Positions 32,616-39,490 of a DNA stretch of 39,490 bases are shown piece after piece. Both the position numbers and the translations under genes were made by a program. The stretch's first letter is position 1. The number at the start of each line of letters is the position of its first letter. Source of the DNA: Patescibacteria group bacterium (GTDB lineage Bacteria; Patescibacteriota; Minisyncoccia; Minisyncoccales; PWPS01); contig JBNJDU010000004.1 of assembly GCA_051745165.1 (NCBI GenBank), positions 1 to 39,490 of the forward strand. Direction: 5' to 3'. The notes beneath the pieces were generated by a model. That model was not told the origin of the DNA, searched no databases, and worked only from the letters and a program-made list of their open reading frames with translations.

Positions 32616-35105
32616 TTAATCTATTACTTTTAAACTAACAGAATCTACCTCTATATCTATTTCTTTTAAGTCCTCCTCTTTATTTGCTAGATCATCATCA
32701 CTGGTGTGTCTAATGATAAATTCTCCGTCTGGATCAAAGTCGTCTCTAGAGTTTTTAGTAACTTCATATTCAACATTAGTCCAATCGTCACTATTTACTA
32801 ATCGCCAATCGCTGTAGCTTGCGTTGGTATATCCGGGACGGACTAACCCTAATTGGATGTAACCAGTGCCTTTCACTTTTGCCTTTAATTTGTAGGTGAT
32901 TGTTTTTCCTTCAGAGCCTGGATCACTGAAAGTTGTTACTTCTTCATATGGTCCTTTGTATTCATGCGGTCCAAGATGAAGATTGCTTCTCTCTGATTTA
33001 CTAGACTGATTATCTAATTCCCACCTGTCAGGCACTTCGTCAGTCCAGCTTTCAAAATTATTATTTTCTATAAATTCTTTCTTCACTAATTCTATATCAA
33101 TTTGGGGCTTTTTTTCAACCTCAAATTCTTTTTCTTTTGTTTTGTAACCGATTCGACTAGCTTTTAATTTATAGCTACCTTCCTCAAACTCTTCCTCTAC
33201 TAGCCCGTCTTCATTTGTTTCATCTTCAAAGATTAGATCTTCATCTTTAAATACTTCAATTTTAACATTTTCAAGTTTATTTGTTTCTTCAAAAGTTGTT
33301 AAGTGCTTGCTTTCTGGAGTCTCAACCTCTGCAAAACTATCTATTTCTTTTTTTGATAACGTTTCTTCTTTGTTTTTCACTTTTATTTCCAAGTCTAGTT
33401 TCTTATCTATTTCTTCTTCAATCTTAAAAGTGAAAGACTCTGAATTTTCTTCACCTAGATTTATATCTTTAGTTTTTTCAATTAAGTCGTCTTCGGCCAT
33501 TATTCTAAGCGTTACTTTATAATCTGATTCTTTGAAGTCTAAAAATTTTACGTCTATAGAAGATTCTTCATTTAAAGTAATTTCTTTTGGATAATTAGTT
33601 ATATTTATTTCTTTATCAAAGCATTCAGTAGGTGGGTCAACTGTTGCTAAATTCTCTTCTTTAATTTCTTTCAAAGTGGTTTCTCCAATACCACTTATTT
33701 CTTCAAGATCAGAAAAGTTGCAGAAGCAATTATCTTTTCGGTAGTCTAAGATATTATTTGCCGTAGCTTCTCCTATACCGTGAATGTTTGTAAGCTTATC
33801 TTTTTCTGCTGTATTTATTTCTATATTTTTATTTTCTTTATTTTCTTCTTCTTTATCTTTATTTTCCTCTTCATCTTTATCCTCTTCTACATCTCCCCAA
33901 GTGCAAGCAAACCCTTCTTTTATCCAGTCTTTAATAGTTTCTTTACCAATTCCATCTATATCTTTTACATCTTCAAGCGTGTTTATATCTTTAGCTTCGT
34001 AAATTTTCTTTGCTTTTGCTTCTCCTACATTACTTAATTTTTTTAATTGATCTATGTCTGCTTTGTTTATGTTTATTTGATTAGGATATCTACACTTATC
34101 TCTTTGCTCTTGGATTGTTTTTATTTCTTTTTTGTAAGTCTCTACTTCTTTTTCTTCGTCACGTAAAAGACCTCTAACTTCTCGATAGTCATCTTCAAGA
34201 AGAGATATTTCTTCTTCCAGATCCTCAACCTCTTCTTTTAGCTTTTCAGTTTCTTCATTATTGTCATTGCTTTCCTTTTCATCATCTTTTTGATTATCTT
34301 CTGAGCTTTCACTTCCACAATCAATCTCAATAGTAGCTATATTTTGATCTTTTATATCTTTTATAGTTTTTTCTCCAATTCCTTTAACCTCACTCAACTC
34401 TTCTAAATTACAAAAGGGTCTTTTTTCAATTATTCTTTGAGAGTAGGTAGGGCCAATTCCATTTATCTTTTCCAGATCTTTTTGGGAAGCATTATTTATC
34501 TCTACACTTTCTTCTGTTGCTTTATCCTTTTCTTTTTCCTTATCTGTTTCTTTTTGCTTTATCTTTTTCTCTTCATATTTATCTATTAATTCAATTAGCT
34601 CTACAATATCTTCTTCTTTTATTTCTTTATCATCATTTTTACTATCTTCTTCTAATTCTTTATCTATTTCATTTAGTTTTTCTTCTAAGTCTTGGCAAAC
34701 AAATTCTTCAATATTTTGGGCGGTAATTTCTCCAATTCCATTTATCTTTTCAAGATCATCAACAGTTTTTATATCTTTTGCCTCTACTATTCGCTTAGAA
34801 TAAGCTTCACCAATTCCGTCAATAAGTTGAAGCTCTTCTTTGGTTAGCTCGTTTACTTTTTGTAGGCATTTGTTAGTTTCTTTTTCTTCTTCACTTTTCT
34901 CATTATCGTTGTCTATGTTTTCAATTTTATCTTTATTAGTAGTAGCTAAACTGTTTTTATTATCGGCCCCTTGCTCACTTAAAACATGAGTTTCGGTATC
35001 ATTTTTAGGGCTTTTTAAGGTAGCTTCTAGAGGAGCGTCTTCAAAAATAAAAACCGCCCCAGTTACAAGTAGGATTATTGCAAAAAAGCTTATCTTTTTT
35101 AGCAT
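32616..35105 (-). CDS. Membrane-anchored surface protein with four ComEA-type (HhH)2 DNA-binding modules and C-terminal beta-rich domains
   Basis: N-terminal signal/anchor (ISFFAIILLVTGAVFIF). There are four repeats of L..I.GIG...(S/A).(R/K)I......(F/I)...(E/D)(D/E)L..(I/V).GIG separated by acidic coiled-coil linkers. The C-terminal roughly 330 aa is beta-strand-like. Confidence 0.8.
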   Translation of the reverse strand: MLKKISFFAIILLVTGAVFIFEDAPLEATLKSPKNDTETHVLSEQGADNKNSLATTNKDKIENIDNDNEKSEEEKETNKCLQKVNELTKEELQLIDGIGEAYSKRIVEAKDIKTVDDLEKINGIGEITAQNIEEFVCQDLEEKLNEIDKELEEDSKNDDKEIKEEDIVELIELIDKYEEKKIKQKETDKEKEKDKATEESVEINNASQKDLEKINGIGPTYSQRIIEKRPFCNLEELSEVKGIGEKTIKDIKDQNIATIEIDCGSESSEDNQKDDEKESNDNNEETEKLKEEVEDLEEEISLLEDDYREVRGLLRDEEKEVETYKKEIKTIQEQRDKCRYPNQININKADIDQLKKLSNVGEAKAKKIYEAKDINTLEDVKDIDGIGKETIKDWIKEGFACTWGDVEEDKDEEENKDKEEENKENKNIEINTAEKDKLTNIHGIGEATANNILDYRKDNCFCNFSDLEEISGIGETTLKEIKEENLATVDPPTECFDKEINITNYPKEITLNEESSIDVKFLDFKESDYKVTLRIMAEDDLIEKTKDINLGEENSESFTFKIEEEIDKKLDLEIKVKNKEETLSKKEIDSFAEVETPESKHLTTFEETNKLENVKIEVFKDEDLIFEDETNEDGLVEEEFEEGSYKLKASRIGYKTKEKEFEVEKKPQIDIELVKKEFIENNNFESWTDEVPDRWELDNQSSKSERSNLHLGPHEYKGPYEEVTTFSDPGSEGKTITYKLKAKVKGTGYIQLGLVRPGYTNASYSDWRLVNSDDWTNVEYEVTKNSRDDFDPDGEFIIRHTSDDDLANKEEDLKEIDIEVDSVSLKVID

Positions 35106-35135
35106 ATTAAGAGTAATTTGGCTTACACTTATTTA

Positions 35136-35163
35136 ATTATATAAATATTAAAACAGTCTTCAA
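35136..35163 (-). promoter_or_regulatory. Sigma70-like promoter (TTGAAG-16-TATAAT) for the ComEA-like gene
   Basis: On the minus strand, TTGAAG is at 35163-35158 and TATAAT at 35141-35136. Confidence 0.45.
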
Positions 35164-35227
35164 ATTTTTATTTACTTGAAAAAGATGGCTTTTTAAGTTA
35201 AAGTGTAATTGGAAGGGGGATAAACAT

Positions 35228-35335
35228 ATGAGTAAAAAGAAAAAAATTAGAAAGGTTAATTGGGAAGTTTTAAAAGCAAGCTTGAAATCAAAGAACGGAT
35301 TTATTATAAGAAAGCTTCCCAGGAAAAACTTTTAA
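35228..35335 (+). CDS. Small basic peptide (35 aa, MSKKKKIRKVNWEVLKASLKSKNGFIIRKLPRKNF); not in the ORF track
   Basis: GGAAGGGGG SD-like element about 8 nt upstream of the ATG. A strong terminator follows 8 nt after the stop. Confidence 0.4.
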   Translation: MSKKKKIRKVNWEVLKASLKSKNGFIIRKLPRKNF

Positions 35336-35343
35336 TATTTGAC

Positions 35344-35371
35344 GGGCTCCCCAAACGGGAGCCCTTTTTTT
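35344..35371 (+). terminator. Intrinsic terminator
   Basis: Stem GGGCTCCC / GGGAGCCC with a CAAAC loop and a T7 run. Confidence 0.85.
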
Positions 35372-35610
35372 GATTGCTTTTTTATCTTTTTTTTGCTACT
35401 ATAATAGCGGTTAAGAAATTTCTTACTAGCACGCGGATTACTAATTAACTTAAGAAGAACAGCCGGTTGGCACCGGATTTTATTTTTTAAAGGGTCTATT
35501 ATTTTAATATTTTTACAGATAAGTCTTTTTTAAGACGGTTGTTTTTTGTTCGCTAAATTATAATTTGATTGTTAAAAAAAGGTCGTTAATTTTAAAATAA
35601 AGAAACAAAA

Positions 35611-36162
35611 ATGAAAAAGGGTCTAATATTTGTAGCAGTAGCCATTGTTGGTGTTTTAGTTATCGGACAAACCGTTGCTTTTTACACTGATACGGCTGTA
35701 AGTGGAATTAGTTCGTTTACTGCTGGAACGCTAAATCTTGATATGTCCAGCGGAACTGAGACTGACTTTTTAGTTGAGCTTGATAATATGGCTCCTTCTG
35801 ATTCAACAGGAAAGAAAGAACTCGTCTTTACCAACACAGGAACCTTGGATTTAGAAGTGAATAAGATTTCTGTAGAGGATTTTGCTGTTGATGATTCTCA
35901 TCAGGCTTGTACTGGTGGAAGTGAATTCCCAAGTCAATTGCAAGTGCATCTCTATAAAGAAGGTGATGATAGCTCTACTGTTTTAGCTTCTAATTTAGAA
36001 GAATTACAGAACGGAAAGGAAATTAATTCTCCACTATCTTTATCTGAAGGAGAGTCAGGAACTTATCTTTTTGAGGTAATTTTTAATCCTGATGCCGGTA
36101 GTGAATTTCAAGGATGTGGCTTAACTGACGTAATTTTCCAAGTCCAAGCAACACAATCTTAA
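35611..36162 (+). CDS. TasA/camelysin-like secreted protein with a SipW-type signal peptide
   Basis: N-terminus MKKGLIFVAVAIVGVLVIGQTVAFYTDTAVSGISSFTAGTLNLD matches the A-F-(F/Y)-(S/T)-D ... F-(T/A)-(A/S)-G-T-L-(D/N)-L pattern of TasA/camelysin proteins. The remainder looks beta-rich. Confidence 0.8.
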   Translation: MKKGLIFVAVAIVGVLVIGQTVAFYTDTAVSGISSFTAGTLNLDMSSGTETDFLVELDNMAPSDSTGKKELVFTNTGTLDLEVNKISVEDFAVDDSHQACTGGSEFPSQLQVHLYKEGDDSSTVLASNLEELQNGKEINSPLSLSEGESGTYLFEVIFNPDAGSEFQGCGLTDVIFQVQATQS

Positions 36163-36220
36163 ATTTACAAAGTTTTTTGACTCCGCTTTAGTAGCGGAGT
36201 TGAAAAGTTTTGTAAAAAAT

Positions 36221-36673
36221 ATGACAAAAATTTTAAACAAACTTTCAATTGTTTTTCTTTTAATATTGTTTTGCTTTTTTGGGTTTAGTGCTTTTTTAGA
36301 CTATGACTTAAAAGCAGTAGTTTCTGGTTCAATGGAACCGGAAATTTCGGTAGGTTCTTTAGTTGTAATTGTTCCCGAAGATAATTTAGAAGTGGGGGAT
36401 ATAATTACTTTTAGAAAAGGTAAAAATTTAGTAACTCACCGAGTTGTTTCTCGGCAAAACGATACTTATATAACTGCTGGGGATGCTAATGATACTACTG
36501 ATCCCAAGCCAGTAGACAAAGAATCTGTTGTTGGGGAAGTGGCTTTTTCTATACCCTTTCTAGGATTTTTTATCCAGGGAGTTCAAACCCCGCTTGGATT
36601 TACTATTTTTATATTTATTGGTCTTTTAATTATTTTGATTGAAGAAATACTGAAAACAGATGAAAAAGATTAA
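36221..36673 (+). CDS. sipW: Signal peptidase I, SipW (ER/archaeal) type
   Basis: Contains VVSGSMEPEISVGSLVVIVP, ITFRKG..LVTHRVV, TAGDANDTTDPKPV and a C-terminal TM. I start it at the ATG at 36221 rather than the TTG at 36200. Confidence 0.85.
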   Translation: MTKILNKLSIVFLLILFCFFGFSAFLDYDLKAVVSGSMEPEISVGSLVVIVPEDNLEVGDIITFRKGKNLVTHRVVSRQNDTYITAGDANDTTDPKPVDKESVVGEVAFSIPFLGFFIQGVQTPLGFTIFIFIGLLIILIEEILKTDEKD

Positions 36674-37097
36674 ATTACTAGTTTTTCTTGGTCTGGTTTT
36701 AGGTTATCCTGCTTTTTCTTACTTCTCGGTAACTACTAGCTTTACCCGTTCTTTTCAGGCGGGAGTAATTGATCTAGAGCTAGAAGAAACTTTATCCCGG
36801 AGAAGTAAAAAAAGAGTGGTTGTGGAAAACACTGGTACTCTTGATTTTTTATATCAAATCCAAGTCCTCTCCAGCGGGGAGTGTAATTTTGATTTACGAA
36901 TAGATAGGGGAAAGAATCTTTTTTATTACGGTAAAGTAGATGATTTTATAGATTGGCGTAAAAATATTTTACTCTCTGATGAAAGTCAGGAGTGGACTTT
37001 TCGTGGTTTTTCTCCAAATGAAGACTGTAGCGTAACTATTTTATTTAGAGCCGAGAATGGATTCACTAATTTTACTGGCTTCTCTTATTTTAATTAG
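36660..37097 (+). CDS. Second, divergent TasA-like protein with a SipW-type signal peptide
   Basis: Signal peptide followed by FSYFSVTTSFTRSFQAGVIDLELEE, a degenerate version of the same N-terminal motif. It overlaps the sipW end by 14 nt. Confidence 0.55.
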   Translation: MKKIKLLVFLGLVLGYPAFSYFSVTTSFTRSFQAGVIDLELEETLSRRSKKRVVVENTGTLDFLYQIQVLSSGECNFDLRIDRGKNLFYYGKVDDFIDWRKNILLSDESQEWTFRGFSPNEDCSVTILFRAENGFTNFTGFSYFN

Positions 37098-37110
37098 AAG
37101 TCCAAAATAA

Positions 37111-37143
37111 AAACACCTGGTTACAAAACTCAGGTGTTTTTTT
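37111..37143. terminator. Intrinsic terminator between the convergent fibre operon and capA
   Basis: Stem AAACACCTG / CAGGTGTTT and a T7 run. Confidence 0.85.
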
Positions 37144-37150
37144 AATTTAA

Positions 37151-37981
37151 CTATTTAATTGTAGGTTGGAATTGATCGTTAATTACAGTATTTATTTCTC
37201 TGTGATCAATTATTTCTCCGTCTTTTATTTTTACCTCCAAAAGTAATCCTTCACTTGTTTCTTTTGAAAAGTCTTGATCAAATACAAAGTTGCCTAAAGA
37301 ATAGGCGATTAATCCATCTTTATATTCTTCAGTTGGCTGAGTTACGTGCGGGTGATGCCCGATTACCAAGTCGGCACCCATGTCGATTGCTTCTCTAGCA
37401 ATTTGCTTTTGATTTTCATTGGGTGTAGTTTCGTACTCCGTACCGAAGTGGATAGAAAATATTATTATATCTGACTTTTCTTTTGCTTTTTCTATAGCTG
37501 CTTTAAGTTTTTCGGATTCGTACCAAGCAACTCCGGGGCTAGTTTCGGTTGCTGCCCAACCGGGTGCTCCCACGGCAGTGTGTCCAATAAAGGCAAAGCT
37601 TGTTTCATCTTCTTTAATAATAACAGGAGAGTACGGGTTTTTACCGGCACCTAAAGCTTTGATATTTTCTTTTTCTAATCTATCTTTAGTATCTAGTAGA
37701 GCATTGATGGTCCAGTCAAAGGAGTGATTGTTAGCTATTGATAGAATATCAAAATCAGCTAAAACAAGACCCTCCATCATTTTGGGAGGGGCTCGAAAAG
37801 AATAAGCACTTCCCTGATTATGTCCTTGATCAGAGATCATGCTTTCCAAGTTTCCAAATAAAATATCAGCCTGGTTTAGTCTGTCTTTAATTTTTCTAAA
37901 AGGAAGAGCTGGGTCGTTTTTTATATCTGCTTGATACAGAACGCCTCTATCAAGCATCACATCACCGACAAAAGCAAGCAC
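37151..37981 (-). CDS. CapA-family (poly-gamma-glutamate synthesis / metallophosphatase-fold) protein, domain only
   Basis: Motifs FVGDVMLDR, GNLE, ANNHSFD and IGHHPH. It has a GTG start, no SD and no membrane anchor of its own. Confidence 0.85.
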   Translation of the reverse strand: MLAFVGDVMLDRGVLYQADIKNDPALPFRKIKDRLNQADILFGNLESMISDQGHNQGSAYSFRAPPKMMEGLVLADFDILSIANNHSFDWTINALLDTKDRLEKENIKALGAGKNPYSPVIIKEDETSFAFIGHTAVGAPGWAATETSPGVAWYESEKLKAAIEKAKEKSDIIIFSIHFGTEYETTPNENQKQIAREAIDMGADLVIGHHPHVTQPTEEYKDGLIAYSLGNFVFDQDFSKETSEGLLLEVKIKDGEIIDHREINTVINDQFQPTIK

Positions 37982-37999
37982 AGTTTCTTCCTCTCCATT

Positions 38000-38341
38000 T
38001 CAATTCTCCTGTTCTGCTTCTTCTTCATTATTTTCATTTTCTTCCTCGCTATCTTCTTCACTCTCTTCTTCTACTTCTTCAGCAAAAGATCTAATTGTTT
38101 CTTTTTCTTCTTCGGTAAACTCTTCAAGATTTAAAAAGTCTTCAAGCATGTCTTCGTTTTTCATGGTAGTTATAAATCTTTCTTGCATGTGGTGATTTCT
38201 TTCTAGTCGTAGCTCTAATTCATTAACTTTCTGAGTTTGTTGATAGTAAAAGAAACCTAAAAGCAACACTACACCAGTGGAAATAACGATGATGGTATTA
38301 GCTAGTCTATCGGATACTTTTTGGTTTAATATATTTTTCAT
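38000..38341 (-). CDS. Hypothetical membrane-anchored protein with a coiled coil and a poly-acidic tail (113 aa)
   Basis: One TM (IIVISTGVVLLLGFFYY) followed by an E-rich tail. Its TGA stop is in frame with the CapA ORF 18 nt downstream. Confidence 0.55.
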   Translation of the reverse strand: MKNILNQKVSDRLANTIIVISTGVVLLLGFFYYQQTQKVNELELRLERNHHMQERFITTMKNEDMLEDFLNLEEFTEEEKETIRSFAEEVEEESEEDSEEENENNEEEAEQEN

Positions 38342-38358
38342 AAGGTTTAGTTTTTTAT

Positions 38359-38643
38359 TTATTCTTCTTCTTCACCCTCTTCCTCCTCTTCTTCTTTATT
38401 AGCTTCTTCTTCTAATTCTTCTGCATTTTCTCTCATTTCCTCTAATTCTTCCTCGCTATATTCTTGTTCTAGTAGGCGAACGTTTAATTCCTGGTTAGTT
38501 TTCATCTCTTTAACTTTTTCTTCCATAACTTCTAATTCCTGAACGTGAGTTTGATAGTTATATGCAGTGTAAAGAGCAATAATGGCGAGAACTAGAAGAA
38601 TGATTAAAGTTTTCGGTCCGCTAAAGGCTTTTTTAAGTTCCAT
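38359..38643 (-). CDS. Hypothetical membrane-anchored protein with a poly-acidic tail (94 aa); paralog-like to 38000..38341
   Basis: Same layout: TM (LIILLVLAIIALYTAY), then Y.QT..V.ELE, then a Glu-rich tail. Confidence 0.55.
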   Translation of the reverse strand: MELKKAFSGPKTLIILLVLAIIALYTAYNYQTHVQELEVMEEKVKEMKTNQELNVRLLEQEYSEEELEEMRENAEELEEEANKEEEEEEGEEEE

Positions 38644-38745
38644 ATTCTTGATATTTATTAACTTTTAATTTATAATATACCCAACGTACTGCTAAGCATT
38701 GCAGTGACTTAAACTAAGTTAAAATTAATAATTAAAAAGACTTTT

Positions 38746-39378
38746 ATGAGAAACGATATTATTGATCCGGATTCATCTCACGGATTCAAAAATGAAAAGT
38801 TCTTTTCGGTTGCTATCCTCATACTTATTATAGTAGCTATAGGAGGATTTGCAATTTTAAGGAGCGATGCAGAGATCAACCTCGACTTTATACGTGGAGA
38901 AGCAGACCCAAGCACAGAAGAGAGCGAAGAAAGTGAAGAAGGCATTGAGTTAGAAGAAGAAAGTGAGGATACAGAAGAGAGCGATTCAGAAGATTCAGAA
39001 GAAAATGATGTTGGATTAGCTCAGTATGAAGAAGGAGACAATGAGGGAATTGCTTACGAAGAAGTAGAGAGGAATGATGAATATAGCGGTCAAAGCTATA
39101 AAGTAGAAGCAGAGAGCGGTGACGGCCTTACGCACGTTGCTAGAAAGGCTACCGAAGCTCATATTGAGACCAAAGGAGGAGGGGAAGATTTAACTGCCGA
39201 ACATAAAGTATATATTGAAGACTACATTCAGAAGAACTTGGATCACGAAACTGGTTGGCTGCAAACAGGAGAGACTGTTGAAGTTCCGGAGAGTTTAATC
39301 GATGAAGCTATAGAAGAAGCTAACCAATTGACTGAAGATCAACTTCAGAATTTAAGTCAATATACAGTATCGACCTAA
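38746..39378 (+). CDS. Hypothetical membrane-anchored protein with an acidic linker and a C-terminal globular region (210 aa)
   Basis: TM (FFSVAILILIIVAIGGFAIL), an SEE/SED-rich linker, and a C-terminal domain of about 90 aa. No family recognised. Confidence 0.55.
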   Translation: MRNDIIDPDSSHGFKNEKFFSVAILILIIVAIGGFAILRSDAEINLDFIRGEADPSTEESEESEEGIELEEESEDTEESDSEDSEENDVGLAQYEEGDNEGIAYEEVERNDEYSGQSYKVEAESGDGLTHVARKATEAHIETKGGGEDLTAEHKVYIEDYIQKNLDHETGWLQTGETVEVPESLIDEAIEEANQLTEDQLQNLSQYTVST

Positions 39379-39490
39379 GTAGCTCTAAAGTTAATTGAAT
39401 TTAAAGGCATCTGATTAAGGTTGCTTTGTGGCTAATTGCTTTAAGTTTTTAATCTTGTAAGTAAAATATGCTAGTATTATTTTAGACTGA

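Noticed and set aside
33307-34726. Plus-strand ORFs 33307..33522, 33780..34037, 33784..34002 and 34517..34726
   Set aside because: They are antisense to the ComEA-like gene, and their Phe/Ser/Leu-rich products mirror its Glu/Lys-rich linkers.
37419-38134. Plus-strand ORFs 37419..37727 and 37931..38134
   Set aside because: They are antisense to capA and to the acidic-tail gene, with low complexity and no start signals.
1-39490. Alternative genetic code (TGA as Gly or Trp, as in some CPR lineages and Mycoplasma)
   Set aside because: Long conserved genes are intact under the standard code, and TGA closes several well-defined genes (hisS, the HIT gene, nrdG, htrA, ybeY) at the expected lengths. 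The only suspicious in-frame TGA is the one before CapA, which is reported separately.
1-39490. A prophage, transposon or integrative element
   Set aside because: I recognised no integrase, transposase, recombinase, phage structural gene or long terminal inverted/direct repeats. The intergenic elements have differing helix sequences, unlike MITE copies.

Overview
This is a 39.5-kb, A/T-rich, gene-dense bacterial chromosome segment. The recognisable genes are mostly housekeeping: V/A-type ATPase B/D, topA, pth, lepB, hisS, a HIT protein, rpsU, ybeY, ftsA, ftsZ, class III RNR nrdD/nrdG, comEC, dgkA, htrA, clpB and a MacAB-like efflux operon. Interspersed with them are envelope and accessory genes: a giant acidic membrane protein, a four-module ComEA-like surface protein, a TasA-like/SipW fibre operon, CapA, and several membrane-anchored proteins with poly-Glu tails. 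The gene content, the short intergenic regions, the near absence of Shine-Dalgarno sites and the anaerobic RNR fit a small-genome Patescibacteria/CPR-like bacterium; that placement is inference only. I found no rRNA, tRNA, CRISPR array, transposase or integrase. The most interesting signals, all read directly from the sequence, are these. (1) A family of intergenic structured RNA-like elements at 7576-7701, 27175-27393 and 31660-31718 shares conserved unpaired motifs while the helix sequences differ, including three hairpins with a conserved TCGCTGG loop. (2) A roughly 200-nt multi-helix leader at 10008-10203 is closed by a 17-20 bp stem, and one of its loops is exactly complementary to the SD of a 25-codon ORF downstream. 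(3) The class III RNR is split: the glycyl-radical motif sits on a separate 103-aa ORF, and a dnaX-type A_AAA_AAG slippery heptamer lies in the correct frame within the overlap of the two open frames. (4) A TasA-like/SipW/TasA-like operon lies next to a tetra-ComEA surface protein. (5) An N-terminal membrane anchor and the CapA domain are separated by a single in-frame TGA. None of the functional interpretations could be tested here, and all need database and structure searches.
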